Assembly (NCBI GenBank): GCA_964580805.1
Contig: CAZOMS010000001.1
Span: 1-48,342, forward strand
Source: an uncultured Syntrophomonas sp.
GTDB taxonomy: Bacteria; Bacillota; Syntrophomonadia; Syntrophomonadales; Syntrophomonadaceae
Length of the DNA: 48,342 bases
Direction of reading: 5' to 3'
The notes under the pieces were generated by a model. That model made no database searches, was not told the DNA's origin, and saw only the letters and a program-made list of their open reading frames with translations. A program made the translations under genes and the position numbers. This document shows, in pieces, positions 33,824-42,844 of this stretch (its first letter is position 1; each line of letters starts with the position of its first letter).

Positions 33824-36196
33824 TTGGGAATGGAGAGTCAGACGGTGATCAAACTTGCAGTGCGGCAACTGGTAGAATTGATAATGCGCAGCGGGGATAT
33901 CGACAATCGTTTTGTATCCGGGAACAGGATGCAGGAAGGCGCCCGGGCTCATCGTGCTTTGCAAAAAACCAACCGGGAGAATTATGACGATTACCGCAGT
34001 GAAGCGTTTTTTTCCGGAAGATACTGCTGCAAGGGTCAGGAGTACCTTTTGGAGGGGCGCGCTGACGGGATCTTCAGCCATAACGGGGCTTATATCGTCG
34101 AAGAGATAAAGACCACCGCCCTTCCTGTCGAACTTATTGGCGAGGAATTTGACCCCGCCCACTGGGGACAGGCTAAATGTTATGCCCATATCTTCGGAGT
34201 ACAGAATGATCTGTCCGAGGTAACTATACAGTTGACCTATTTCAATCTGGATTCCCACCAGTCCAAGAGTTTTAGCCAAACCTTCCAGTTGGCTGAGCTA
34301 GCCGACTTTGTCAATGATCTCATCGCCCACTACGCGGAGTGGGCCAACCTTAAGGCAGAGTGGATGAAGACCCGGGATGATTCGATAAAACTGCTGCAGT
34401 TTCCGTTTCAAGCCTATCGCCCCGGTCAGCGCCAACTGGCGGTAGCTGCCTATCGAGCCATAGCCGGCCACACCCGGCTTTTCGTCCAGGCCCCCACCGG
34501 CGTCGGCAAGACCATATCCGTCCTATTTCCGGCCATCAAAGCCATGGGGGAGGGGTTAAACGCCAAAATATTCTACCTGACCGCCCGCACCACCACCCGG
34601 CTGGCAGCCGAAGAGGCCGTGGCCAGGATGCGGGGGGGCGGACTACGGCTCAAGACTCTAACCTTGACTGCCAAGGACAAGATCTGTTTTTGCGACCAGA
34701 CAACCTGCCGGCCCGACTACTGCCAATTCGCCCAAGGGCATTATGACCGGATCAATGCCGCCATTCTGGATACCTTCCAGGCCGGCGATGACCTGTCCCG
34801 GCCGGTGATCGAGGAATACGCCCGCCGTCACCGGGTCTGCCCTTTTGAATTGTCCCTGGACCTTGCCCTGCTGGCCGATTGCGTCATCGGCGACTACAAC
34901 TATGTTTTCGATCCCAAGGCTTATCTGCGCCGCTTTTTCGCTGCCGGCGGCGGAGACCATGTTTTCCTGATTGACGAGGCTCACAATCTGGTCGATCGCT
35001 CCCGGGAGATGTTTTCCGCCCGCCTGGACAAAAGCCGCTTCTTTCAAATCAATAAGAAATATAAGGGCCGCAGCAAACCCCTGGACAAGGTGCTTAATTC
35101 GATCAACCGCTGCCTGATTGACCTGCGCAAGCAATGTCCGGACAGTGGTTGTCAGGCTGTCCCGGCCCGACCGGATGAGTTAATCGACCTGGTGGGCAGA
35201 TTTGTCTCCGGTGCGGAATTGATCCTGAAGGAAAACCGGGAGTTGGGGGAAGACAAGGATTTCCTGCAGCTCTACTTCGATGCCCTGGGCTTTATCAGTA
35301 TTGGCGACCTGTACGATGATCGCTATATCACCCTGGTTGACGCCAGCCGTCACGAAGTTACGGTGAGACTGTTCTGCCTGGACCCCTCCCATCTTCTGGC
35401 GGAGTGTTTACAGAGGGGGATTTCCGCCATTATGTTTTCAGCTACCCTCACCCCCCTGCCATATTTCCGGGATATTCTGGGCGGAGCCGAAGAAGACGGT
35501 TTGCTGACCCTGGACTCTCCCTTCGATCCCGGTAATCTGTGCCTACTGGTGGCCGACCGGGTCTCCACCCGCTACCGGGACCGGGACCGGAGCCGGGAAG
35601 AAGTAGCCGGCCTGCTCCACAGCTTGGTATCCGCCCAAACCGGCAACTACATAGTCTATTTTCCATCCTACAAATATATGCGGGATGTTTATGAAGTATT
35701 CGTCTCTATGTTTCCGGGTCTGGAAACGGTGGTGCAGGGGAGCGCAATGGCCGAGCCGGAGCGGGAGGAATTCCTGGCCGGCTTCGCAGCGTATCCGGAG
35801 CGGACCCTGGTCGCCTTCTGTGTGTTGGGAGGAATATTCGCGGAAGGTATCGACCTGGTGGGCAGCCGCTTGATCGGGGCGGTGGTGGTCAGTGTGGGAT
35901 TGCCCCAATTGAACCTCCAGCAGGATACCATCATGGATTATTTCCAGCAAAAGCAGGGCCGGGGGTATGAATATGCCTATCGCTACCCGGGGATGAACAA
36001 GGTGTTGCAAGCCGCCGGTCGGGTCATCCGGTCGGAGAGCGACCGGGGTGCGGTATTGCTGATCGACGAACGGTACGGGCACCGGAGTTACCAGGAGCTG
36101 TTTCCGACGCACTGGCAGAAATACGAAAAAATCAAAAGTCCCCCGGCCATCTCCAAGGCATTAAAGTCCTTTTGGTCGTGCCAGACAAAAGAATGA
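33824..36196 (+). CDS. PD-(D/E)XK (RecB/Cas4-like) nuclease domain fused to XPD/DinG-family Fe-S DNA helicase
   Basis: This is a 790-aa ORF; the start is possibly GTG 33845 after GGAGAG. Nuclease motifs are GRADGI...IVEEIKT...QAKCYA. Helicase motifs are QAPTGVGKT and DEAHNL. The Cys cluster is CFCDQTTCRPDYC...VCPF. The C-terminal Helicase_C_2 segment is GGIFAEGIDL...QAAGRVIR. Confidence 0.8.
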   Translation: MGMESQTVIKLAVRQLVELIMRSGDIDNRFVSGNRMQEGARAHRALQKTNRENYDDYRSEAFFSGRYCCKGQEYLLEGRADGIFSHNGAYIVEEIKTTALPVELIGEEFDPAHWGQAKCYAHIFGVQNDLSEVTIQLTYFNLDSHQSKSFSQTFQLAELADFVNDLIAHYAEWANLKAEWMKTRDDSIKLLQFPFQAYRPGQRQLAVAAYRAIAGHTRLFVQAPTGVGKTISVLFPAIKAMGEGLNAKIFYLTARTTTRLAAEEAVARMRGGGLRLKTLTLTAKDKICFCDQTTCRPDYCQFAQGHYDRINAAILDTFQAGDDLSRPVIEEYARRHRVCPFELSLDLALLADCVIGDYNYVFDPKAYLRRFFAAGGGDHVFLIDEAHNLVDRSREMFSARLDKSRFFQINKKYKGRSKPLDKVLNSINRCLIDLRKQCPDSGCQAVPARPDELIDLVGRFVSGAELILKENRELGEDKDFLQLYFDALGFISIGDLYDDRYITLVDASRHEVTVRLFCLDPSHLLAECLQRGISAIMFSATLTPLPYFRDILGGAEEDGLLTLDSPFDPGNLCLLVADRVSTRYRDRDRSREEVAGLLHSLVSAQTGNYIVYFPSYKYMRDVYEVFVSMFPGLETVVQGSAMAEPEREEFLAGFAAYPERTLVAFCVLGGIFAEGIDLVGSRLIGAVVVSVGLPQLNLQQDTIMDYFQQKQGRGYEYAYRYPGMNKVLQAAGRVIRSESDRGAVLLIDERYGHRSYQELFPTHWQKYEKIKSPPAISKALKSFWSCQTKE

Positions 36197-36248
36197 GGAT
36201 GTAAGGCTCACCCGGCAGTTGAGAGATTGGCCGATCTTTCAGCTGCTA

Positions 36249-36277
36249 TTGATAATGCGTAAATTACGTAATATAAT
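36249..36277 (+). promoter_or_regulatory. Consensus sigma-A promoter of hicAB with embedded palindromic operator
   Basis: TTGATA (36249-54), a 17-nt spacer, then TATAAT (36272-77). The spacer contains the palindrome CGTAA-a-TTACG. Confidence 0.6.
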
Positions 36278-36301
36278 TGAACCATAATTCAGAGGTTGCA
36301 T

Positions 36302-36475
36302 ATGAAACGGCGGGACTTGATAAAAATACTCGAGGCAAATGGTTTTAAGAAGATTAGAGACGGCGACCATAGTATTTATAAAGCTCCCAACAAAAGGCAA
36401 GTGCAAGTCCCAAAGCATAAAGAAATAAGCGAAAACACAGCCAGACAAATATTAAAGGAGGCAGGATTAAGATAA
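36302..36475 (+). CDS. hicA: HicA mRNA-interferase toxin (57 aa, below the ORF-track cutoff)
   Basis: My manual translation gives MKRRDLIKILEANGFKKIRDGDHSIYKAPNKRQVQVPKHKEISENTARQILKEAGLR, the canonical HicA sequence. The stop is TAA at 36473-75. Confidence 0.85.
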   Translation: MKRRDLIKILEANGFKKIRDGDHSIYKAPNKRQVQVPKHKEISENTARQILKEAGLR

Positions 36476-36522
36476 TCCGGCCAAGCTGTGGATATAGAAT
36501 AATACTGATAAGGAGAATTGCC

Positions 36523-36897
36523 ATGGAATACGTGTACCCGGCCATTTTTGAACTAAACGACGATGGCAGTTATACCATCACCTTTCCTGATTTACCTGGC
36601 TGCATAAGCGAAGGTAAATCCTTAACCAATGCTATATATATGGCCCAAAGCGCTTTGACTCAATGGCTGGAATATTTGTTGGACGAGAAAGAAAATCTTC
36701 CAACTCCCAGTCCGATTAAAAATATAGGTGTTTCAGAAGTACAATTCGTAAACCTTGTTCGCGCGGATGTTCGGGATAGCCGCGCCGTCCGGCGAACGGT
36801 CAGTATTCCAGGTTGGCTGGATATCAAGGCCTCTGAGGCTGGCATCAGCTTATCGAAGGTTTTACAAGACGCTTTAAAAACCAAATTAGGTGTGTAA
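36523..36897 (+). CDS. hicB: HicB antitoxin
   Basis: This is a 124-aa ORF. YPAIFELNDDGSYTITFPDLPGCISEGKSLTNAI is the HicB N-domain. The C-terminal RRTVSIPGWL...SLSKVLQDAL is an RHH-like DNA-binding tail. Confidence 0.85.
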   Translation: MEYVYPAIFELNDDGSYTITFPDLPGCISEGKSLTNAIYMAQSALTQWLEYLLDEKENLPTPSPIKNIGVSEVQFVNLVRADVRDSRAVRRTVSIPGWLDIKASEAGISLSKVLQDALKTKLGV

Positions 36898-36902
36898 CAG
36901 GA

Positions 36903-36931
36903 GAGTCGGGTCAGCAACCCGACTCGCGATC
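36903..36931 (+). terminator. Rho-independent terminator after hicB
   Basis: GAGTCGGGT-cagca-ACCCGACTC is followed by gcgatctttt. Confidence 0.65.
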
Positions 36932-37074
36932 TTTTCATCCTGCAAAATATCGCTTGGGAGGTTATGCCGATGCGTATCACCCGGCGGAGGATTTCCCGAC
37001 CGTCCTGGTACAGGCGGTGCGGCGCATTGGCTGGTTAATCGGGAATGAACCAGCAGAGAGGGGGGAAGAATAAA

Positions 37075-37938
37075 ATGGCAGCAAGTAAACGGGTGGTTTG
37101 GAAGGGAGCCATCAGCTTCGGGCTGGTGAACATCCCGGTAGCTATGCACACCGCCGTCAGGGAGTCCGGCGTAGACTTTGACTGGCTCGACAAACGCACC
37201 ATGGACCGGGTAGGTTACAAACGGATAAACAAAACCACTGGGGAGGAAATCGAGCGGGATAATATCGTGAGGGCTATCGCTTATGACCGGCAGCAATATG
37301 TGGTTTTGACCGATGAGGAAATACAAACCCGCCTGGCCCAAAGCACTCAAACCATCGAGATCGAGTCTTTTGTGGAGCTGGCCGACATCCCTCTGGTTTA
37401 CTACGAACGCCCTTATTACTTATCCCCGGCAGGGCAAGCAGACAAGGCATATTCCCTGTTGCGGGAAACCCTGGCGCGGACCCAACGGGCCGGGATCGCC
37501 AGGGTGGTGATCCACACCAAACAGCATCTGGCGGCTATTGTGCCGGAGGGATCGGCTTTGGTACTGGCGCTGCTGCGTTGGGCCGACCAGATCCGTTCCG
37601 CTGAGGATTTGGCACTTCCGGCTGCAACTGATCTCAGCGAAAAGGAATTGGCTATTGCCAGCCAACTGGTGGAGACGATGTCCGAGCCATGGCAGCCGGA
37701 GAGGTTTGAGGATCGATTCCGGGCTCAGGTGATGGCTTTGGCGAAGGAGAAGACCCGTACCGGTCATATTGAAGCGATGAAGGGCAGCGAAGCCGGCCCT
37801 GCTGGCGGAGAAGGGGCCCAGGTCATCGATTTGACTGAATTGTTGCGCCGCAGCTTGCAGGCCCGCAAAAAGGACCAGGCTCCTCAACAGGTTTCCAAAA
37901 AGAAACCGAGAGCGAATAAAAAGGGCGCGGGTCTATAA
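37075..37938 (+). CDS. ku: Ku DNA-end-binding protein (NHEJ)
   Basis: ATG 37075 follows GAGGGGGGAAG. It reads VWKGAISFGLVNIPV, with a basic C-terminal tail. Confidence 0.9.
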   Translation: MAASKRVVWKGAISFGLVNIPVAMHTAVRESGVDFDWLDKRTMDRVGYKRINKTTGEEIERDNIVRAIAYDRQQYVVLTDEEIQTRLAQSTQTIEIESFVELADIPLVYYERPYYLSPAGQADKAYSLLRETLARTQRAGIARVVIHTKQHLAAIVPEGSALVLALLRWADQIRSAEDLALPAATDLSEKELAIASQLVETMSEPWQPERFEDRFRAQVMALAKEKTRTGHIEAMKGSEAGPAGGEGAQVIDLTELLRRSLQARKKDQAPQQVSKKKPRANKKGAGL

Positions 37939-37967
37939 ACAACGGTGTCGACAATGGAGGCACGAAT

Positions 37968-40448
37968 ATGCCGAAAAACAAGCAAGAGACCGACCCGTTG
38001 GGGTCATACAAGGACAAGCGAAATTTTACGATAACCCCCGAACCGGCTGGCGGTCCTGGCAGCAGAGGTGCGGAGCGGGCTTTTGTAATCCAGAAGCACG
38101 ATGCCCGCAGTACCCACTATGACCTGCGTCTGGAGCTGGACGGGGTGCTCAAGAGCTGGGCGGTTCCCAAAGGCCCCAGCCTGGAACCGGGTCAAAAAAG
38201 ACTGGCGGTGCACGTCGAGGACCATCCTCTGGAATACCTGGATTTTGAAGGCACCATCCCAGCCGGCCAATATGGCGCCGGGGGGATGTTCATCTGGGAT
38301 AAGGGCATCTGGGAACCCATCGGTGATCCTGTCCGGGGATTAAATGAAGGCCACCTTAAGTTTTATTTACATGGAGAAAAACTGCAGGGAGCCTGGGTGC
38401 TGGTGCAGATGCACCGCAAATCAGGCGAAGACAAGGACTGGCTACTCATCAAGGAGAAGCGTGATGGCGAGAACGGGGCAACCAACCCGGAAGGAAGCGA
38501 GCCGACGGCCATTCCTTTCGCCCCGGATAGTCTGCTGCTTTCTCTTCCGTCAGGCGCCAGGCTGGCCCCGGTGCCCGCCCGGCTGACTCCCCAACTGGCT
38601 ACCTTGGTGGAAAAGCCCCCGGTCGGCGATGATTGGATATATGAAATTAAGTTTGATGGCTACCGTATTCTAACCTTTTTTCAAGAGGATTCGGTGCGGC
38701 TCTACACCCGCAATGGCCACGACTGGACTGACAAACTGAACAGTCTGGCGGAACCGCTCCGGGAGCTCAAGCTGGCCCCGGGATGGCTGGATGGCGAGAT
38801 CGTTATTCCGGGAGACAATGGGGCGCCTGACTTCGGCGCTCTGCAGGCCGCTTTTGAAGCCGGGAGGACCAACGAGATAGTCTATTACGTCTTCGATATG
38901 CCTTTCTATGCCGGCTACGACCTGCGTCCAGTCAGTCTTACCGCCCGCCGCCTGTTGCTGGCTGATGTGATGCAGGGATCGAAATCGTCCCGAATCCGCT
39001 TCAGCCAGGACTTCAGCGGCAACGGCAATGACATACTGCGCAGTGCCTGCGATATGGGACTGGAAGGGGTAATGGGGAAAAAGAAAGGGGCGGCGTACGT
39101 ATCAGGGCGCACCCAGAGTTGGATAAAACTGAAGTGCAGCCGGCGCCAGGAATTTGTGGTGGCTGGATACACGTCCCCGACCACCGCCGGCCGGGGCTTT
39201 AAATCGCTGTTACTGGGGGTGCACGATGAAGCCGGCCAGCTCTGGTATGCCGGCAAGGTAGGAACCGGTTTCAATGCTCGGAATTCAGGGATGATAATGC
39301 AGCAACTGGAGAGCCTGGCTGCGGAGCAAAGCCCTTTGATAGAGATACCCAAAGGAGTTCAGGCCAACTGGCTGAGACCGGAATTGGTGGCTGAAGTCTC
39401 TTTCGCGGAGTGGACCAAAGACGGAAGGGTCAGGCATGGGGTGTTTCACGGACTGCGGACCGACAAGGCTCCTACGGCAATTAACCGCGAGGAGCCTGGC
39501 AGTCTCTCCAACTCTTCGGTCGGCGTAACCAGGGGCTCATACCTCAAAAAGAAGGCGGAGGAGGATCCCAATATGCCTAAAATTACTAATCCGGATCGAG
39601 TGATCGACTCCACTACATCTTTGACCAAACTGGATTTGGTCAATTACTATCGGAGGGCGGCCCCATGGATCCTGCCCCATCTCAAGGATCGGCCCGTATC
39701 CTTCCTGCGCGCCCCGGAAGGTGTAGGCGGGGAGTTCTTCTTTCAGAAGCATGGAGAGAAATTGAAGATCACGGGGCTGCGGCACCTGGATCCCGATCTG
39801 GACCCGGGGCACCCGTCCTTGATGGCAGTCGAAACACTGGAAGCCCTGATAGGCGCGGTACAGATGAATGTTATAGAATTTCATACCTGGAATGCTGTGG
39901 CGAAAAAGATAGAGAAACCTGATCGGATGGTATTTGACCTGGATCCCGGCGAAGGGGTGGGCTGGGCCATGATCGCAGAGGCGGCCCAATTGACCCGGGC
40001 TCTGCTGCAGGAATTGGAACTGCAGAGTTTCCTCAAAACCAGCGGGGGCAAGGGCCTGCATGTGGTGGTGCCGCTCAAGCGGCGGGACGATTGGGAGACC
40101 GTTAAAGCTTTCTCCAAGGGAGTAGCCAGTCATCTGGCTCGGGTGATACCGGAACGGTTTACCGATATATCCGGGCCCCGCAACCGGGTGGGAAAGATCT
40201 TCATCGATTACAACCGCAATGGCCGCGGCGCTACCACTGTGGCTGCCTACTCGGTCCGGGCCCGGGCCGGTCTGGGAGTATCGATGCCTTGCTCCTGGGA
40301 TGATCTCTCCAGCTTGAGCGGCGGTGATAAATGGAATATCGCCAATGCCCACCTGCGCCTGGAGGAATCCGATGTTCCCTGGCAGGATTACGGGCAAACC
40401 AAGCAGGTTATAAAGGCGGCCAGTAAAAAGATCATGTTGGGTCATTAA
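37968..40448 (+). CDS. ligD: ATP-dependent DNA ligase LigD, three-domain (phosphoesterase-ligase-polymerase)
   Basis: This is an 826-aa ORF. The PE domain is FVIQKHDARSTHYDLRLE. The ligase adenylation motif is EIKFDGYR. The Pol/primase domain is FDLDPG...LKTSGGKGLHVVVPL. Confidence 0.9.
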   Translation: MPKNKQETDPLGSYKDKRNFTITPEPAGGPGSRGAERAFVIQKHDARSTHYDLRLELDGVLKSWAVPKGPSLEPGQKRLAVHVEDHPLEYLDFEGTIPAGQYGAGGMFIWDKGIWEPIGDPVRGLNEGHLKFYLHGEKLQGAWVLVQMHRKSGEDKDWLLIKEKRDGENGATNPEGSEPTAIPFAPDSLLLSLPSGARLAPVPARLTPQLATLVEKPPVGDDWIYEIKFDGYRILTFFQEDSVRLYTRNGHDWTDKLNSLAEPLRELKLAPGWLDGEIVIPGDNGAPDFGALQAAFEAGRTNEIVYYVFDMPFYAGYDLRPVSLTARRLLLADVMQGSKSSRIRFSQDFSGNGNDILRSACDMGLEGVMGKKKGAAYVSGRTQSWIKLKCSRRQEFVVAGYTSPTTAGRGFKSLLLGVHDEAGQLWYAGKVGTGFNARNSGMIMQQLESLAAEQSPLIEIPKGVQANWLRPELVAEVSFAEWTKDGRVRHGVFHGLRTDKAPTAINREEPGSLSNSSVGVTRGSYLKKKAEEDPNMPKITNPDRVIDSTTSLTKLDLVNYYRRAAPWILPHLKDRPVSFLRAPEGVGGEFFFQKHGEKLKITGLRHLDPDLDPGHPSLMAVETLEALIGAVQMNVIEFHTWNAVAKKIEKPDRMVFDLDPGEGVGWAMIAEAAQLTRALLQELELQSFLKTSGGKGLHVVVPLKRRDDWETVKAFSKGVASHLARVIPERFTDISGPRNRVGKIFIDYNRNGRGATTVAAYSVRARAGLGVSMPCSWDDLSSLSGGDKWNIANAHLRLEESDVPWQDYGQTKQVIKAASKKIMLGH

Positions 40449-40550
40449 CAACGGGCATACATTTGTGAACTGCTTCCGGACGTCGCGGCCTGGGCCGAGC
40501 CGTCCGATAAGAGATTTTGGGAGGGAGAATAACAGGAGGAGGGTGACAAA

Positions 40551-41300
40551 ATGAAGGTTGTCTACCATGAGGATTTCCGGCAGGTATACACATCCGACCC
40601 CGCTGCCGCATCAGGGAGGATGGAGGCGGTACGGGCCGCCCTTAAGGGGCAGGTAGTCTATATTACACCGGAACCGGCATCCCGGGAGGATATTCTCCGG
40701 GTGCACACGGAGGATCACGTCGAAAATGTGCGGCGCAAGCGATTGTACGATATCGCCGCCCTGGCCGCCGGCGGCGCCATCCAGGCGGCCGAAATCGGCT
40801 TGACCGAGCCCTGCTTTGCTGTGATTCGCCCGCCCGGGCATCATGCCTCCGCCGACAACGCCTGGGGGTTCTGCTATTTCAATAATATGGCCATTGCCCT
40901 GGAGAAATTAAAGGCTGAGGGCAAAATCCAAAAGGCTTTCATCCTGGATTTTGATCTCCATTTCGGTGACGGCAACGTCAACATCTTGAATCCCAAAGGC
41001 TATGTCACCATCTTCAACCCCGGCCACACCCGGAGCCGCGATGAATACCTGCGTACAGTTGAGAAAGCCTTGGCATTGACCGATGCGGACATGATCGCGG
41101 CCTCGGCCGGATTCGACAACCACGAGGATGATTGGGGCGGTCTGCTGAAAACCAAGGATTATACTCACATGGGCCGGCTGATGAATGAAACCGCCCGGCG
41201 TAACCAGGGCGGCTGCTTCGGGATTTTGGAAGGCGGATACAATCACGTGGTCCTGGGGCATAATGTGCTGGCCTTTGTGGAAGGGCTGAGAGGTGACTAG
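40551..41300 (+). CDS. Histone deacetylase-family (Zn-dependent lysine/polyamine deacetylase) protein, compact form
   Basis: This is a 249-aa ORF with an AGGAGGAGGG RBS. Motifs are RPPGHHA, DFDLHFGDG and LEGGYN. Confidence 0.8.
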   Translation: MKVVYHEDFRQVYTSDPAAASGRMEAVRAALKGQVVYITPEPASREDILRVHTEDHVENVRRKRLYDIAALAAGGAIQAAEIGLTEPCFAVIRPPGHHASADNAWGFCYFNNMAIALEKLKAEGKIQKAFILDFDLHFGDGNVNILNPKGYVTIFNPGHTRSRDEYLRTVEKALALTDADMIAASAGFDNHEDDWGGLLKTKDYTHMGRLMNETARRNQGGCFGILEGGYNHVVLGHNVLAFVEGLRGD

Positions 41301-41487
41301 TAATCCGGCGGGGGAGGGAGGCAAATTGGAGAACCGCTATCCCCACACAGTACTCGGAAAAATCTGCGTATTAATAAGAGAGGGTCAGAGCTAAGGGTTG
41401 GAATAAGCCTGCCGCAGCTGCCGACCCCCGATGTACCGGAGGCATTGAGACTATTGGGGATAATGCCGACATCACATACTATGGTTA

Positions 41488-41583
41488 TCGGGAACTCTTG
41501 ATAAAGGCAAACCTGTCGAAAGGCGGGGACGCAAAGCCACGGATCTAAGACCGCAAGGTTATGACCGCCGGGCTGCCGGGAGC
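41488..41583 (+). promoter_or_regulatory. c-di-GMP-I (GEMM-I) riboswitch aptamer
   Basis: GATAAAGGCAAACCTGTCGAAAGGCGGGGACGCAAAGCCACGGATCT...GACCGCCGGGCTGCCGGG matches the conserved GGCAAACC...GAAA...GGACGCAAAGCC...CCGGGCUGCC core. Confidence 0.88.
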
Positions 41584-41601
41584 AGAGGGCTGAATTGCTT
41601 G

Positions 41602-41634
41602 ACCTGCCTGGCCGCCGGCTGGGCAGGTTTTTTA
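41602..41634 (+). terminator. Intrinsic terminator forming the riboswitch expression platform
   Basis: ACCTGCC-tggccgccggctg-GGCAGGT is followed by TTTTTA. It lies between the aptamer and the downstream ATG. Confidence 0.75.
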
Positions 41635-41688
41635 TGGTTTGATTTACGGGTGGTCAGATTACTAACGGATAGCAGGAGCGGGATATTT

Positions 41689-42612
41689 ATGAAAAAGCTT
41701 AACCGACGTGTGTTGATCTATGGCCTGATGGTATTGTTGACGGGCTTGGTACTGGCGAGCTGGCCTTACCGAGCCCAACTTTATATCCAGGCTCATCAGG
41801 CCACGGCGGTGGCTGCCACCCAGGTGGCCATAGTCGGGCCATACCTGCAAATCGACAACCAGAGTCTCGATATCCAGGCCCGGCCGGCCTTGTTCATAGA
41901 TGCTGATTGCCGCGATCTTATTCCGGACATTATGGCTATTCCGGAGGGACGGCGACCCTATATAATTGTTAATGCCGACACCCAGCCTGACTTCCTGCCG
42001 GCGGAACTATCGTTTTACTGGTGTCCCCAAACCGGAACCAGAGCTCCGGCCCTGATCTGGTATGACCAAAAATTGATCGGCTATATGTATTCGGCGGTCG
42101 AGCCCCAACTATACATCATGCGTTACCCAATGCTGGTGGGGGAAAGTCAGATGACCAACCGCCTGAATGATGGCGGCGGACAGAACGCCGCCCGGGCCGC
42201 CCAGCAGATAAGTGGTACCAACTTGGCGCCCGGAGAAGTATTCTCGTTTTATGAGTATGTTATCCCCTCGCGGGCCAACGGCTATGTAGAGGGTATGACA
42301 CTGTTCAATACCGACGAGGGTCCGCAGTGGGAACCGGACCTGGGCGGGGGTATCTGCCGTACTTCGACGGTATTGCAATTTGCGGTGGAACAGGCGGGAT
42401 TAGAGGTTTTGGAAAGACACCACCACACCGAACCGGTTTCTTATGCCAGGTCGGGTGAAGATACTGCGGTAGCGCGCAGTGCTGGATGGGACTATAAATT
42501 CTGCAACTCGTCCGACAAAACCATCAAGATCGTGGCGGTCCAAAATGGTGATCAACTGGGATTCAGGATTTATGAATTGCTGGGGCCTGCTGGGACGGTT
42601 GCGGCCGAGTAA
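41689..42612 (+). CDS. VanW-domain protein with N-terminal membrane anchor
   Basis: ATG 41689 follows AGGAG. The TM segment is VLIYGLMVLLTGLVLA. The VanW core is GGGICRTSTVLQFAVEQAGLEVLERHHHTEPVSYARSGEDTAV. Confidence 0.8.
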   Translation: MKKLNRRVLIYGLMVLLTGLVLASWPYRAQLYIQAHQATAVAATQVAIVGPYLQIDNQSLDIQARPALFIDADCRDLIPDIMAIPEGRRPYIIVNADTQPDFLPAELSFYWCPQTGTRAPALIWYDQKLIGYMYSAVEPQLYIMRYPMLVGESQMTNRLNDGGGQNAARAAQQISGTNLAPGEVFSFYEYVIPSRANGYVEGMTLFNTDEGPQWEPDLGGGICRTSTVLQFAVEQAGLEVLERHHHTEPVSYARSGEDTAVARSAGWDYKFCNSSDKTIKIVAVQNGDQLGFRIYELLGPAGTVAAE

Positions 42613-42705
42613 AGGTCACGGCCAGGCGAACCGAGATATATTTCTAACCGGGATTCCGGTTTTTGTCTTATAATAAGGACAATTGCATCAAGCAATAAGG
42701 ATTGA

Positions 42706-42735
42706 AGTGCTTGTGTCGATAACAAGCACTTTTTT
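42706..42735 (+). terminator. Rho-independent terminator after the VanW gene
   Basis: AGTGCTTGT-gtcgata-ACAAGCACT is followed by TTTTT. Confidence 0.8.
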
Positions 42736-42844
42736 ATGGGCATGCGCGAGCTGATCTTGCTTTCTTAAGTGAGGCCCGACTGTTACAGCTCCGGGTCGGC
42801 TAAGGCCATGATCGGAGACGATTTGATTTGATCAGGAGAATGCT

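Noticed and set aside
39537-40568. 343-aa minus-strand ORF
   Set aside because: It is antisense to the polymerase domain of ligD. It is Pro/Gly/Arg-rich with no recognisable motifs. It is a shadow ORF in GC-rich coding DNA.
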